Positions 31,461 through 48,100 of a stretch of 64,000 bases of DNA are shown here, one piece after another. Positions within the stretch are counted from its first letter, which is position 1, and each line of letters starts with the position of its first letter. Under the pieces are notes generated by a model. The model had not been told where the DNA came from. It did not search any database and worked only from the letters and a program-made list of their open reading frames with translations. Made by a program: the position numbers and the translations under genes. The stretch comes from the human T2T-CHM13v2.0 reference genome, Homo sapiens. Where the stretch lies: NCBI GenBank assembly GCA_009914755.4, contig CP068257.2, positions 992,001-1,056,000 of the forward strand, in the 5' to 3' direction.

Positions 31461-34400
31461 TATATCTCAAATGATCAACAAAGTGATGTAACTCTTGTCT
31501 AGGCTCTGCCTACAGGGGCTTTGTGACATATCTCTGCCCTTATCACCCACCTGATGGGACTTTGTGTAGGCTCTGCCTATGGGGACATTGTGACATATCT
31601 CTACACTGACCACCCAGGTGATGTAACTCTTGTGTTGGATCTACCTATCGGGGCATTGTGACATGTTTCTGCACTGATCACCCAGGTGATGTAATGCTTG
31701 ACTAGGCTCTGCCTACGGGGCATAGTGACATATCACTGCATTGATCACCGAGGTGATGTAACTCTTCTCCAGGCTCTGCCTATAGGGGGCCTTGTGACAT
31801 ATCTCTGCACTGATCATCTAGGTGATGTAACTCTTGCTTATGCTCTGCCTGCAGGGGCATTGTGAAATATCTCTGCACTGATCACCCAGGTGATGGGACT
31901 CTTCCCTAGGCTCTGCCTACTGTGGGCATTGTCACATATTTCTGCACTGATCACCCAGGTGACGGACTCTTGTCTTGGATATGCCTATTGGGACATTGTG
32001 ACAGATCTCTGCACTGATCACTCAGGTGATGTAACTATTGTCTAGGCTCTGCTGAATGGGGCCTTATCACATATCTCTGCACTGATCTCCCAGGTGATGT
32101 AACTCTTGTCTAGGCTCTGCTTACATGGGGTATTGTGACATAGCTCTGCACTGATCACCTAAGTGATATAACACCTGTGTAGGCTCTGCCTACAGGGGCA
32201 TTTTGATATATTTCTGCACTGTTAACCGAGGTGATGTAACTCTTGTCTAGGCTGTGCCCACAGGGGGATTGAGACATATCTCTGCACTGATCCCAAGGTG
32301 ATCCAACTCTTGCCTGGTCTCTGCCTACTGGGGACATTGTGACTTATCTCTGCACTAATCTCCCAGGTGCTGTAACTTTAGTCTAGGCTCTGGATACACA
32401 GCATCGTGACATATCACTGCACTGATCACCCAGGAGATATAACACTTATCTAGGCTCTGCCTACAGGGGGCTACTGACATATCTCTTCACTGATCACCCA
32501 GGTGATATAACTCTTCTCTAGGATCTGCCTACATGGTTCTTTGTGACATATTCCTGCAATGATCACCCAGGTGATATACCACTTTTCAAGGCTCTGCCTA
32601 CAGGGGCATTGTGACATAACTCTGCACTGATCACCCAGGTGATGGGACTTTGTCTAGGCTCTGCCAACAGTGGCATTGTGACATATCTCTGCACTGATCA
32701 CCCAGGTGATGCAACTGTTGTAGAAGTTCTGCCTACAGGGGAATTGTGAGAGATCTCACCACTGATCACCCAAGTGATGTATCTATTGTCTAGGCTTTGC
32801 CTACAGGAGGCTTTGTGACATACCTTCACACTGATCACCCAGGTGATGTAACGCATCTAAGTTCTGCCTACAGGAGCTTTGTGACTTATCTCTGCACTGA
32901 TCACTTAGGTGATGTAACATTTTTATAAGCACTGCCTACAGGGAATTTTGACAAATCTCTGCACTGATCACCTAGGTGATGTAACTCTTGTCTACCCTCT
33001 GCTCAAAGGGGGCATTGTGAAATATCTCTGCACTGATCACCCACTGATTCAACTCTTGTCCAGGATCTGCCTACAGGGGGCATTGTGAAATATCTCTGCA
33101 CTGATCAACTAGGTGATGTAACTGTTTTCTAGGCTCTGCCTACAGGGACATTCTGACATATCTCTGCACTGATCACCCAGGTGATGCAACTTTTCTCTAT
33201 TCTCTGCCTACAGGGGGCATTGTGACATATCTCTGCACTGAACCCCGGGGTTATGTAACTCTTGTCTAGGCTCTGCCTATGGGGGCATTGTGACTTATCT
33301 CTGCACTGATCACCCAGGAGTTGTGACTCTTGTCTAAGCTCTGCCTAGAGGGACATTGGGACATATCTCTGCACTGATGTCTGAGGTGATGTAAAACTTG
33401 TCTAGGCTTTGCCTACAGTGGGATTTATGACATATCACTGCACTGATCACCGAGATGATGTAACTCTTGTATAGGCTGCGCCGACAGGGAGCACTGAGAC
33501 ATATGCCTGCACTGATCACGAAGGTGATGCATCTCTTGTCTGGGATCTGCTTACAGGGGCACTGTGACATATCTCTGCCCTGATCACCCAGGTGATGTAA
33601 CTCTTGTTTAATCTCTGCCTACTGGAGACATTGTGACATATCTCCGCACTAATCACCCAGGTGATGTCACTTTTATCAAGGATATGGCTACAGGGACACT
33701 GTGACATGTCACTGCACTGATCACACAGCTGATGTAACTCTTGCCTAGGCTCTGGATACAGGGGGCTTGTGACACATGTCTGTACTGATCAACCAAGTGA
33801 TGAAACTCTTCTCTAGGCTCTGCCTACGGGGGCTTTGTGACACATCTCTGCACTGATCACTCTGGGGAAGAAACTCTTGTCTACACTCTGCTTAGAGGAG
33901 GCTTTATGACTTATAACTGCACTGATAACCTAGGTGATGTAACACTTGTCTAGGCTCTGCCTACACGGGAATTCACACATATCTCTGCACTGATAACCCA
34001 GGTGATGTAACTCTGGTCTAGGTTCTGCTTACAGGGGTTATTGTGACATATCTATGCACTGATCACCTAAGTGGTGTAACACTTGTGTAGGCTCTGCCTA
34101 CAGGGGCATTTTGACATATCCCTGCACTGTTAACCGAGGTGATGTAACTCTTGTCTAGGTTGTGCCCACAGGGGGATTGAGACATATCTCTGCACTGATC
34201 CCGAGGTGATCCAACTTTTGCCTGGTCTCTGCCTACTGGGGACATTGTGACATATCTCTGCACTGATCTCCCAGGTGAGGTATGTTTAGTCTAGACTCCG
34301 GCTACACGGCATTGTGACATATCACTGCACTGATCACCCAGGTCATATAACTCTTGTATAGGCTCTGAAGACAGGGGGCTTGTGACATATCTATCTCTGC

Positions 34401-37400
34401 ACTGATCACCCAGGTGATATGAGTCTTCTCAAGGATCTGCATACAGGGTTCTTTGTGACATATCCCTGCAATGATCACCCAGGTGATATAACAAACTTCA
34501 AGGCTCTGCCTACAGGGGCATTGCGACGTATCTCTACACTGATCACGTAGGTCATGAAACTCTTGTCTAGGTTCTGCCTACAGTGGCATTGTGACATATC
34601 TCTGCACTGATCACCCAGGTGATGTAACTCTTTTCTACGATCTGCCTACAGGTTGCTTTGTGACATATCGCTGTAATGATCACCAAGGTTATGTACCACT
34701 TGTCAAGGCTCTGCCTACAGGGACATTGCCATGTATCTCTGCACTGATCACCTAGGTCATGAAACTCTTGTCTAGGCTCTGCCTACAGTGGCATTGTGAC
34801 ATATCTCTGCACTGATCATCCTAGTGATGTAAATCTTGTCTAGGATCTGCCTAAAGGGTGCTTTGTGACATAATTCTACACTGATCATCCAGGTGATGGT
34901 ACCTTTGTCTAGGCTCTGCCTAAGGGGGCATTGTGACATATTTCTGCACTGATCACCCAGGTGACGGACTCTTGTCTTGGATCTGCCTATGGGGTCATTG
35001 TGACATATCTCTGCACTGATCTCCCAGGTGATGTAACTGTTGTAGAAGTTCTTCCTACAGGTGAATTGTGAGAGATCTCGCCACTGATCACCCAAGAGAT
35101 GTAACTACTGTCTAGGCTTTGCCTGCAGGGGTCTTTGTGACATACCTTTGCACTGATCAGCCAGGTGATGTAACTCATCTAAGTTCTGCCTACAGGAGCT
35201 TTGTGACATATCTCAGCACTGATCACATAGGTGATGTAACACTTTTATAAGCACTGTCTACAGGGAATTTTGACAAATCTCTGTACTGATCACCTAGGTG
35301 ATGTAACTCTTGTCTACCCTCTGCCCAAAGGGGGCATTGTGAAATATCTCTGCACTGATCAATCAGGTGATTCAACTCTTGTCTAGGTTCTGCCTACAGG
35401 GGGTATGTTGAAATATCTCTGCACTGGTCAACTAGGTGATGTAACTCTTGTCTAGGCTCTGCCTACAGGGGCGTTTTCACATATCCCTGAACTGAAGACA
35501 AAGGTGATGTAACTCTTGCCTAGGCTTTGCCTACAGGGGACATTGTGACATACCTCTGCACTGATCACCCAGGTGATGCATCTCTTCTCTGTGCTCTGCC
35601 TACAGGGGACATTGTGACATATCTCTTAACTGATCACCCAGGTGATGCAACTCTTCTCTATGCTCTGCATACAGAGGGCATTGTGACATATCTGTGCACT
35701 GATCACGTAGGTGATGTAACACTTTTCTAGTCTCTGCCTACAGAGGGCGTTGTGACATCACTCTGCACGGATCACCCGGGTTACGTAACTCTTGTCTAGG
35801 CTCTGCCTATGGGGGCATTGTGACTTATCTCTGCAGTGATCACCCAGGACATGTTACTCTTGTCTAAGCTCTGCCTAGAGGGACATTGGGACATGTCTCT
35901 GCACTGATCGCTGAGGTGATGTAAAACTTGTCTAGGCTTTGCCTAAAGTGGGATTTATGACATATCTCTGCACAGATCACCCAGGTGATGTAACTCTTTT
36001 CTGGGCTCTGCCTACAGGGGCATTTTCACATATCACTGGACTGATCACCGGGATGATGTAAATCTTGTATAGGCTTTGCTGACAGGGGGCATTGAGACAT
36101 ATCTCTGCACTGATCCCGAGGTGATCCAACTATTGCCTGGTCTCTCCCTACAGGGGACATTGTGACATATCTCTGCCCTGATCTCCCAGGTGATGTAACG
36201 CTTGTCTAAGCTCTGCCTACTGGAGACATTGTGACATATCTCCACAGTGATCACCCAGGTGATGTCACTTTTCTCAAGGATAAGGCTACAGGGACATTGT
36301 GACATGTCACTGCACTGATCACACAGCTGATGTAACTCTTGCCTAGGCTCTGGCTACAGGGTGCTTGTGACACATCTCTACACTGATCACCCAGGTGATG
36401 TAACCCTTGTCTAGGCTCTGCCAAAAGGGGCCATTGTGACATAACTCTGCACTGATCATCCAGGTGATGGGACCCTTGTCTAGGCTCTGCCTACAGAGGC
36501 ATTGTGGCTTATCTCTGCAGTGATCAGGCAGGTGATGTAACTCTTGTCTATATCTGCCTACTGGCGGCATTGTGGCATACTTCTGCACTGATCACCCAGG
36601 TGATGGACTCTTGTCTTCGATCTGCCTATGTGGGCATAGTGATATATCTCTGCACTGATCACTCAAGTGATGTAACGCTTGTCTAAACTGCGCCTAAAGG
36701 GGAATTGTGACAGATATCTCCACTGATCACCCAGGTGATGTAACTCTTGTCTAGGCTCTGCTTACAGGGGGTATTTTGATATATCTCTGCTTTGGTCCCC
36801 TAAGTGATGTAACAATTGTGTAGGCTCTGCCTACGGGGCATTTTGACTTATCTCTGCACTGTTAACCGAGGTGATGTAACTGTTGTCTAGGCTGTGCCCA
36901 CAGGGGTATTGGGACATATATCTGCACTGAATCCTAGGTAATCCAACTCTTGCCTGGTCTCTGCCTACTTGGGACATTGTGACATATCTCTGCACTGATC
37001 TCCCAGGTGCTGCAACTTTAGTCTAGGCTCTGGCTACACGGCATTGTGACATATCTCTGCACTTATCACCCAGGTGATATAACTCTTCTCTAGGCTCTGC
37101 CTACAGTGGCATTGTGACATATCTCTGCACTGATCACCCAGGTTTGTAACTCTTTTCTAGGATCTGACTACAGGGTGCTTTGTGACATATCCCTGCAATG
37201 ATCACCCAGGCAATGTACCACTTGTCAAGGCTCTGCCTACAGGGACATTGCGATGTATCACTGCACTGATCACCTAGGTCATGTAACTTTTGTCTAGGCT
37301 CTGCCTACAGTGGCATTGTGACATATCTCTGCACTGATCATCCCAGTGATGTAACTCTTGTCTAGGATCTGCCTAAAGGGACTTTGTGACATAACTCTAC

Positions 37401-39427
37401 ACTGATCATCAAGGTGATGGGGCTTTTGTCCAGGCTCTGCCTAAGGGGGCATTGTGACATATTTCTGCACTGATCACCCAGGAGATTTGACTCTTGTCTA
37501 AGCTCTGCCTAGAGGGACATTGGGACACATCTCTACACTGATCGCTGAGATGATGTAAAACTTTTCTAGGCTTTGCCTACAGTGGGATTTATGACATATG
37601 TCTGCACTCATTACCCAGGTGATGTAACTCTTGTCTAGGCTCTGCTTACAGGGGGTATTGTGAGATATCTCTGCACTGATCACCCAGATGATGTAACTCT
37701 TGTCTAGGCCCTGCCTACAGGAGCATTTTAACAAATCACTGCACTGATCACCGAGAAGATGTAACTCTTGTATAGGCTTCGCCGAAAGGTGGCATTGAGA
37801 CATATCTCTGCACTGATCACGAGGTGATGCAAGACTTGTCTGGATCTCGTTACACGGGACATTGTGACATGTCTCTGCCCTGATCACCCAGGTGATGTAA
37901 CTCTTGTCTAGGCTCGGCCTACAGGGGCTTTGTGACATATTTCTGCACTGATCACCCAGGTGATGTAACTCTTGTTTTGGCTCTGTCTACAGAGTCTTTG
38001 TGACATATCTCTGCACTGATCCCCCAGGTGATGTAACATTTATCTAGCCTCTGCCTACAGGGGCGTTTTGAGATAGCTCTGCACAGATCACCTAGGTTTT
38101 GTAACTCTTGTCCACTCTCTGCCTACAGGGGGCATTGTGAAATATTTCTGCACTGATCACCCAGGTGATGGGACTCTTCTCTATACTCTGCCTAGAGGGG
38201 GATTTCTGACATATCTCTGCTCTGATCTCCCAGGTGATGGAAGTCTTGTCTAGGCTCTGTATATGGGGGCATTATGTCAAATATCTGCACTGATCACCAG
38301 GTGATGTAACTCTTGTCTAGGCTCTGTCTACAGGGATTTTTGTGACATATCACTGCACTTTTCACCAAGGTGATGTAAGCCTTGTATGGGATTTGCGTAT
38401 AGAAAACTTTCTGACATATCTATGCACTGATCTCTGAGGTGATGCAACTCTTCTCTAGGCACGGCCTACAGGGGACGTTGGTGTATCTCTCTGCACTGAA
38501 CACCCAGGTGATGGGCTCTTGTCTTAGATCTGACTACATGGTCATTGTGACACACCTCTGAACTGATCAACCAAGTGATGAAACTCTTCTAGGCTCTGCC
38601 TACAGGAGCTTTGTGACACATCTCTGCACTGATCACACTGTTGAGGGAACTCTTGTCTACACTCTGCCTACAGGAGGCTTTATGACTTATACCTGCACTG
38701 ATAACCGAGGTGATGTAACACTTGTCTAGATTCTGCCTACATGGGAATTCTTACATATCTCCGCACTGATCACCCGGGTGATGGAACTCCTGTCTATGTT
38801 CAGCCTACAGGAGGGTTTTGACATATCTCTGCACTGATCACCCAGGTGATGTAACCCTTGTATAAGCTCTGCCTGCAGGCGCATTGTGACAGACCTCTCC
38901 ACTGCTCAACCAGGTGATATAACACGTTTCTGGGCTTTGCCTACAGGGGGCTTTGTGATATACATTTCCACTGATCAAACAGGTGATGTAAAGCTTGTCA
39001 AGGTTCTGCTTACAGGGGTTTTGTGACATATCTCTGCACTGATCACCACAGGGAGGAAACACTTCTCTACACTCTGCCTACAGGAGGCTTTACGACTTAC
39101 CCCTCCACTGATCACTAGGTGATGTAACACTTGTCTAGGCTCTGTCTTTACCGGAATTTTCACATATCTCTACACTGATCACCTAAGTGATGTAACCCTT
39201 GTCTAGGTTCAGCCTACTGGAGATTTCTGACATACCTATGCACTGATCACCGAGGTGATGTAAATCATTTCCATGCTTTTTGTACAGGGGACATTGTGAA
39301 ATATCTCTGCACTGATCACCCAAATGATGCAAATCTTCTCTAGACTCCACAGGGAGGGGGAATTGTGACATATTTCTGAAATGATCATCCAGGAGATGTA
39401 AGTATTCTCCAGGCTTTGACTAAAGAG
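31461..39427. repeat. Beta-satellite array, orientation A, about 8.0 kb.
   Basis: 68-bp periodicity. Distal-flank signature at 31540-31900; proximal-flank series P1-P17 at 38280-39427. Confidence 0.9.
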
Positions 39428-40082
39428 CGTCAGAAGGTGTTGGGAGAGTCTCAGCCAGAATCTCACAGACGGACAAGGGCAGAGAGAGGCCAGCAGGATC
39501 CCTTGCATGTCAGCCGCTAGAGGTCTGCGTTCTGCCGCCAGGCGCTCCATTGTGGCAGCTGGGAAGCTGCAGGGACACGGGCGGGCCGGCGATGGTGGCG
39601 CGGAGGCACAGAGGAGGCGAGCTGCCAGAGGGGTGTCAGGGCTGGATGCTGCGCGGGCCCGGTGTTTCGCGGGACGGGGGTCTCCACCCAGCCCAGGGGA
39701 GGACGCATTTACCGGAGATGGGGGTTGGGGGTGGGGACGGGGTGGTCAGGCGTGGGTGGGGTGGTAGAAAGGCATGAGAGCTTTGCCCGGTTTTCTCCCA
39801 CAGCCCAGGCGGCTGCCGGCAAACCCGTGTGTGCCCAGTAGGTGGCCCACCTGCTGGTATCTGGGCCGGCTCTGGGATCCCCGGGATGCCCAGGAAAGAA
39901 TGGCAGTTCTGCGCTGTGTGGAGTCTCTCACCGGGCCTAGACGTAGAAGGCAGGAATCCCATGCCTGTCAGCCCGGTGGACGGGGTGGGGGGAAGACATG
40001 CCCATCCATAGCCAGCCAAGTATTCCCCGCGAAAGAGAGGCCACCGCCCTCCCCCGACCCTACCCCGTCCCACCCTTGCGTC

Positions 40083-41490
<1,408 letters not shown>

Positions 41491-42140
41491 CCTGCAGGCA
41501 GGCAGGCTCCACCCCTTCATGAATGGCGGTGAGCCCTAGGACAGCCCGCCCCACCCCGGAAGTGTCCCAGGGCATCGAGGCCTGCGGTTGGGGGTTGGTG
41601 GGTTGGGGGGGGACGGCGTGGTGATGGTGGTTGTGTGGCCGGAGAGACGAAGAGGAAGGGGGCGAGGGGGAAGGGGTGAGGGGCGCGCGTTTCGGTGACT
41701 GGCTCTCCGGACCTCTCCAGGAATCCCGCGGGAACTGGAAGCCGCTCTCTGGGTTCCCACTCATCTTCAGCAGGGAGAAACCGGCCTGGGAGTGTGGAGG
41801 TGAGTGTGGAACTGAACCTCCATGTGAGTCTTGAGAGTTCCAGGACCTCTCTGCGTGAAGGAGGCAGTGCCTGTGAATGTCGCCACTGCTGGGACAGTCT
41901 CACACGCATAGGGGTGTGGCTCTCGTTCATTTCCACGTAGGAGACCAGAGCGAGACCCCAGAGAGAAGATGCCTCCCCGGCGTGATGGTCTGACAATGGA
42001 TTCCCGTGTGCGGCAACATGGGGAGTCTGCAGTGTGGCCGGTTTGGAAACTGGCAAGGAGAGCGAAGGCACCATGGGTGTCTTCACCCCTTTCCTGCATG
42101 TTTCCGGGTGCCCTCAGAGCTCCAGGAGCAAACAGCCAGC

Positions 42141-45100
42141 ATGACACATCTCTGAACTGATCAACAAAGTGATGGAACACTTGTCTAGGCTCTGCCTACA
42201 GGGGCTTTGTGACATATCTCTGCACTGATCACCCAGGTGATGGGACTTTTGTCTAAGCTCTGCCTATGGGACATTGCGACATATCTCTACACTGATCACC
42301 CAGGTGATGTAACTCTTGTCTAGGCTCCACCTTCAGGGGTTTTGTGACGTATCTTTGCACTGATCACCCAGGTGACGTAACATTTATCTCAGCTCCGCCT
42401 ACAGGGGGTTTTGACATAGCTCTGCACAGATCACCTAGTTTATGTAACCCTTGTCCAGTCTCTTCCTACAGGGGGCATTGTGAAATATCTCTGCACTGAT
42501 CACCCAGGTGATGGGACTCTTCTATATACTCTGCCTAGAAGGGGATTTGTGACATATCTCTGCACTGGTTACCCAGGTGATGGAAGTCTTGTCTAGGCTC
42601 TGTCTTTGGGGGCATTGTGTCAAATTTCTGAACTGATCACCCAGGTGATGGAATCTTGTCTTTGATCTGACTACATGGAGATGGTGACACTTCTCTGAAC
42701 TGATCAACCAAGTGACGAAACTCTTGTCTAGGCTCTGCCTATAGGGGCTCTGTGACACATCTCTGCACTGATCACCCAGGTGATGCAACTCTTCTCTATG
42801 TTCTGCCTACAGGGGTCATTGTGATATATCCCTACACTGATTACCCAGGTGATGTAACTCTTTTCTAGGTTCTGCCTACAGAGGGCTTTGTGACAACCCT
42901 CTGCACGGATCACCTGGGTTATGTAACTCTTGTCTAGGCTCTTCCTATGGGGGCAGTGTGACTTATCTCTGCACTGATTACCCAGGAGATGTGACTCTTG
43001 TCTAAGCTCTGCCTAGAGGCACATTGGGACATATCTCTGCACTGATCGCTGAGGTGATGTAAAAATTGTCTAGGCTTTGCCTATAGTGGGATTTATGACA
43101 TATCTCTGCACTGATCACCCAGGTGATGTAACTCTTGTCAAGGCTCTGCTTACAGGGGATATTGTGAGATATCTCTGCAATGATCACCCAGGTGAAGTAA
43201 CTCTTGTCTAGGCTCTGCTTACAGGGGATATTGTGAGATGTCACAGCACTGGTCACCCAGGTGATGTAACTCTTGTCTAGGCTCTGCCTACAGGGGCGTT
43301 TTAACATATCACTGCACTGATCATGGAGATGATGTAACTCTTGTATAGGCTTTGCCGACTGGGGGCAATGAGACATATCTCGGCACTGATCACCGAGGTG
43401 ATGCAACTCTTGTCTGGGATCTGCTTACAGGGGGCATTGTGACATATATCTGCCCTGATCACCCAGGTGATGTAACCCTTCTCTATGCTCTTCCTACTAG
43501 AGACACTGTGACATATCTCCGCACTGATCACCCAGGTGATGTAACTTTTGTCAAGGATATGGCTACAGGGACATTGTGACATGTCACTGCACTGATCACA
43601 CAGCTGATGTAACTCTTCTCCAGGCTCTGGCTACAGGGGGCTTGTGACACACCTCTGCAATGATCACCCAGGTGATGTCACCCTTGTCTAGGCTCTGCCA
43701 AAAGGGGGCATTATGACATAATTCTGCACTGATCACCCAGGTGATGGGACTCGTCTCTAGGCTCTGCCTACAGGGGCATTGTGACATATCTCTGCAGTGA
43801 TCACGCAGGTGATGTAACTCTTGTCTATATCTGCCTACTGGCGGCATTGTGGCATATTTCTGCACTGATCAACCAGGTGATGGACTCTTGTCTTGGATGT
43901 GCTTATGGGGGCATAGTGACATATCTCTGCACTGATCACTCATGTGATGTAACGCTTGTCTAAGCTGTGCCTAAAGGGGAATTCTGACAGATATCTCCAC
44001 TGATGACCCAGGTGATGTATCAATTTTCTGGGATCTGTCTAGAGGGGACTTTGTGACATATCTTTGCACTGGTCACCCAGGAGATGTAACTCTTGTCTAG
44101 GCTCGGCCTACAGGGGCTTTGTGACATATTTCTGTACTGATCACCCAGGTGATGTAACACTTGTCTTGGCTCCACTTACTGGGGGTATTGTGATATAACC
44201 CTTCTCTAGGATCTGCCTGCAGAGTTCTTTGTGACATATCCCTGCAATGATCACCCAGGTGATATACCACTTGTCATGGCTCTGCCTACAGGGGCATTGC
44301 GATATATCTCTGCCCTGATCACCTAGGTCATGTAACTCTTGTCTACGCTCTGCCTACAGTGGCATTGTGACATATCTCTACACTGATCATCCAGGTGATG
44401 TAACTCTTCTCTAGGATCTGCCTACAGGGTGCTTTGTGACACATCCCTGCAATGATCACCCAGGGGATGTACCACTCGTCAAGGCTCTGCCTACAGCGAC
44501 ATTGGGATGTGTCTCTGCACTGATCACCTAGGTCATGTAAATCTTGTCTAGGCTCTTCCTACTGTGGCATTGTGACATATCTCTGCAATGATCATCCAAG
44601 TGATGTAACTGTTGTCTAGTTTCTGCCTAAAGGGTCTTTGTGACATATCTCTGCACTGATCGTCCAGGTGATGGGGCTTTTGTCTAGGCTCTGCCTAAGG
44701 GGGCATTATGACATATTTCTGCACTGATAACCAGGTGACGGACTCTTGTCTTGGATCTGCCGATGGGGGCATTGTGACATATCTCTGCACTGATCACCCA
44801 GGTAATGTAACTGTTGTAGAAGTTCTGCCTACAGTGGAATTGTGAGAGATCTCGCCACTGATCACCCAAGTGATGTAACTATTGTCTAGGCTTTGCCTAC
44901 AGGGGGCTTTGTGACATACTTTTGCACTGATCACCCAGGTGACGTAACTCATCTAAGTTCTGCCTACAGGAGCTTTGTGACATATCTCTGCACTGATCGC
45001 TTAGGTGATGTAACACTTTTATAAGCATTGCCAACAGGGAATTTTGACAAATGTCTGCACTGATCACCTAGGTGATGTAACTCTTGTCTACCCTCTGCCC

Positions 45101-48100
45101 AAAGGGAGCATTGTGAAATATCTCTGCACTGATCACCCAGGAGATTCAACCCTTGTCTAGGATCTGCCTACAGGGGGTATTGTGAAATATCTCTGCACTG
45201 ATCAACTAGGTGATGTAACTCTTGTCGACTCTCTGCTTACAGGGGCGTTTTCACATATCCCTGAACTGATGACAAAGGTGATGTAAGTTTTGCCTAGGCT
45301 TTGCCTACAGGGAACATAGTGACATATCTCTGCACTTATCACCCAGGTGATGCAACTCTTCTCTATGCTCTGCCTACAGGAGATATTGTGACATGTCTCT
45401 CCACTGATCACCCAGGTGATGCAACTCTTCTCTATACTCTGCCTACTGGAGACATTGTGACATATCTCTGCACTGATCACTCAGGTGATGTAACAATTTT
45501 CTAGTCTCTGCCTACAGAGGGCGTTGGGACATTATTCTGCACGGACCATCCGGATTATATAACTCTTGTTTAGGCTCTGCCAATGGGGGCATTGTGACTT
45601 ATCTCTGCCCTGATCACACAGGAGATGTGACTGTTTTCTAAGCTTTGCCTAGAGGAACATTGGGACATATCCCTGCACTGATCGCTGAGGTGATGTAAAA
45701 GTTGTCTAGGCTTTGCCTACAGTGGGATTTATGACATATCTCTGCACTGATCACCCAGGTGATGTAACTCTTGTATAGGCTCTGCTTACAGGGGGTATTG
45801 TGAGATATCTCTGCACTGATCACCCAGGTGATGTAACTCTTGTCTAGGCTCTGCCTACAGGGGCATTGTGACATATCTCTGCAGTGATCACGCCCGTGAT
45901 GTAACTCTTGTCTATATCTGCCTACTGGCGGCATTGTGGCATATTTCTGCACTGATCACCCAGGTGATGGACTCTTGTCTTGGATCTGACTATGGGGGTA
46001 TAGTGAAATATCTCTGCACTGATTACTCATGTGATGTAACGCTTGTCTAAGCTGCGCCTAAAGGGGTTAATTGTGACAGATATCGCCACTGATCACCCAG
46101 GTGATGTAAGAATTTTCTGGGATGTGTCTATATTGGGCTTTGTGACATATCTTTGCACTGATCACCCAGGAGATGTAACTCTTTTCTAGGCTCCGCCTAC
46201 AGGGGCTTTGTGACATATTTCTGCACTGATCACCCAGGTGATGTAGCTTGTTTAGGCTCTGCCTACAGGGGCTTTGTGACATATCACTGCACTGATCACC
46301 CAGGTGATATAACTCTTGTCTAGGCTCCACCTACAGGGCGTATTGTGATGTATCTCTGCGCTGATCACCCAGGTGATGTAACATTTATCTAGGCCCTGCC
46401 TACAGGGGCATTTTGACATAGCTCTGCACAGATCAACTAGGTTATGTAACTCTTGTCCACTCTCTGCCTACAGGGGGCATTGTGAATTATCTCTGCACTG
46501 ATCATCCAGGTGATGGGACTCTTCTCTATACTCTGCCTAGAGGGGGAGTTGTGACATATCTCTGCACTGATCACCCAGGAGATGGAAGTCTTGTCTAGGC
46601 TCTGTCTATTGGGTCATTGTATCAAATATCTACACTGATCACCCAGGTGATGTAACTCTTGTGTTGGATCTGCCTATGGGGGCATTGTGACATATTTCTG
46701 CACTGATCAGCCAGGTGATGGGGCCCTTGTCTAGGCTCTGTTTACGGGGGCTTTGTGACATATCTCTGCACTGATCACCCAGGTGATGTAACGATTGACT
46801 AGGCTCTACCTATGGTGCATAGTGACATATCATTGTATTGATCGCCGAGGTGATGTAACTCTTATCCAGGCTCTGCCTATATGGGGCCTTGTGACATATA
46901 TCTGCACTGATCTTCTAGGTGATGTAACTCTTGCTTATTCTCTGCCTGCAGGGGCATTGTGGAATATCTCTGCACTGATCACCCAGGTGATGGGACTCTT
47001 CTCTATACTCTGCCTAGAGGGGGATTTGTGACATATCTCTGTACTGATCAACCAGGTGATTGAAGTCTTGTCTAGGCTCTGTGTATGTGGGCATTGGGTC
47101 ATATATCTGCACTGATCACCCAGGTGATGTAACTCTTTTCTACGCTCTGTCTAGAGTGATTTTTGTGACATATCACTGCACTCATCACCTAGGTGATGTA
47201 AGCCTCGTATGGGCTTTGCCTACAGAAGGCTTTGTGACATATCTATGCACTGATCTCTGAGGTGATGCAACTCATGTCTAGGCACTGCCTACAGGGGACA
47301 TTGGTACATATCTCTGCACTGATCACCCAGGTGATGGACTCTTGTCTTAGATCTGCCTACAAGGACATGGTGACACGTCTGTGAACTGATCAACCAAGTG
47401 ATGAAACTCTTGTCTAGGCTCTGCCTACGGTGGCTTTGTGACACATCTCTGCACTGATCACCCTGGAGAGGAAACTCTTGTCTACACTCTGCCTACAGGA
47501 GGTTTTATGACTTATACCTGCACTGATAACCTAGGGGATGTAACACTTGTCTAGGCTCTGTCTACACGGGAATTCTCACATATCTCTGCACTGATCACCC
47601 AGGTGATGTAACTCTGGTCTAGGTTCTGCTTACAGGGGATATTGTCACATATCTCTGCACTGATCACCTTAGTGATGTAACTCTTGTGTAGGCTCTGCCT
47701 ACAGGGGAATTTTGACATATCCCTGCACTGTTTAACCGAGGTGATGTAACTCTTGTCTAGGCTGTGCCCACAGGGGCATTGAGACAAATCTCTGAATTGA
47801 TCCCTAGGTGATCCAACTCTTGCCTGGTCTCTGCCTACTGGGGACAATGTGACATATCTCTGCACTGATCTACCAGGTGCTGTAACTTTAGTATAGGCTA
47901 CAGCTACATAGCATTGAGTCATAACACTGCACTGATCACCCAGGTGATGTAACTCATGTCTAGGCTCTGCCTACAGGTGGCTTGTGACATATCTCTGCAC
48001 TAATCACCCAGGTGATATAACTCTTCTCTAGGATCTGCCTACAGGGTGCTTTGTGACATATCCCTGCAATGATCATTCAGGTGATATACCACTTCTCAAG

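Noticed and set aside
42590-42760. A possible additional rearrangement right after unit 6, where a P0-like monomer (ggcattgtgtcaaatttctgaact) is followed by P4/P5-like monomers about 470 bp downstream of the unit.
   Set aside because: Monomer-variant similarity over two or three monomers is not distinctive enough by eye to call a junction. It would need a monomer-level alignment and classification, so it is left unreported as a feature.
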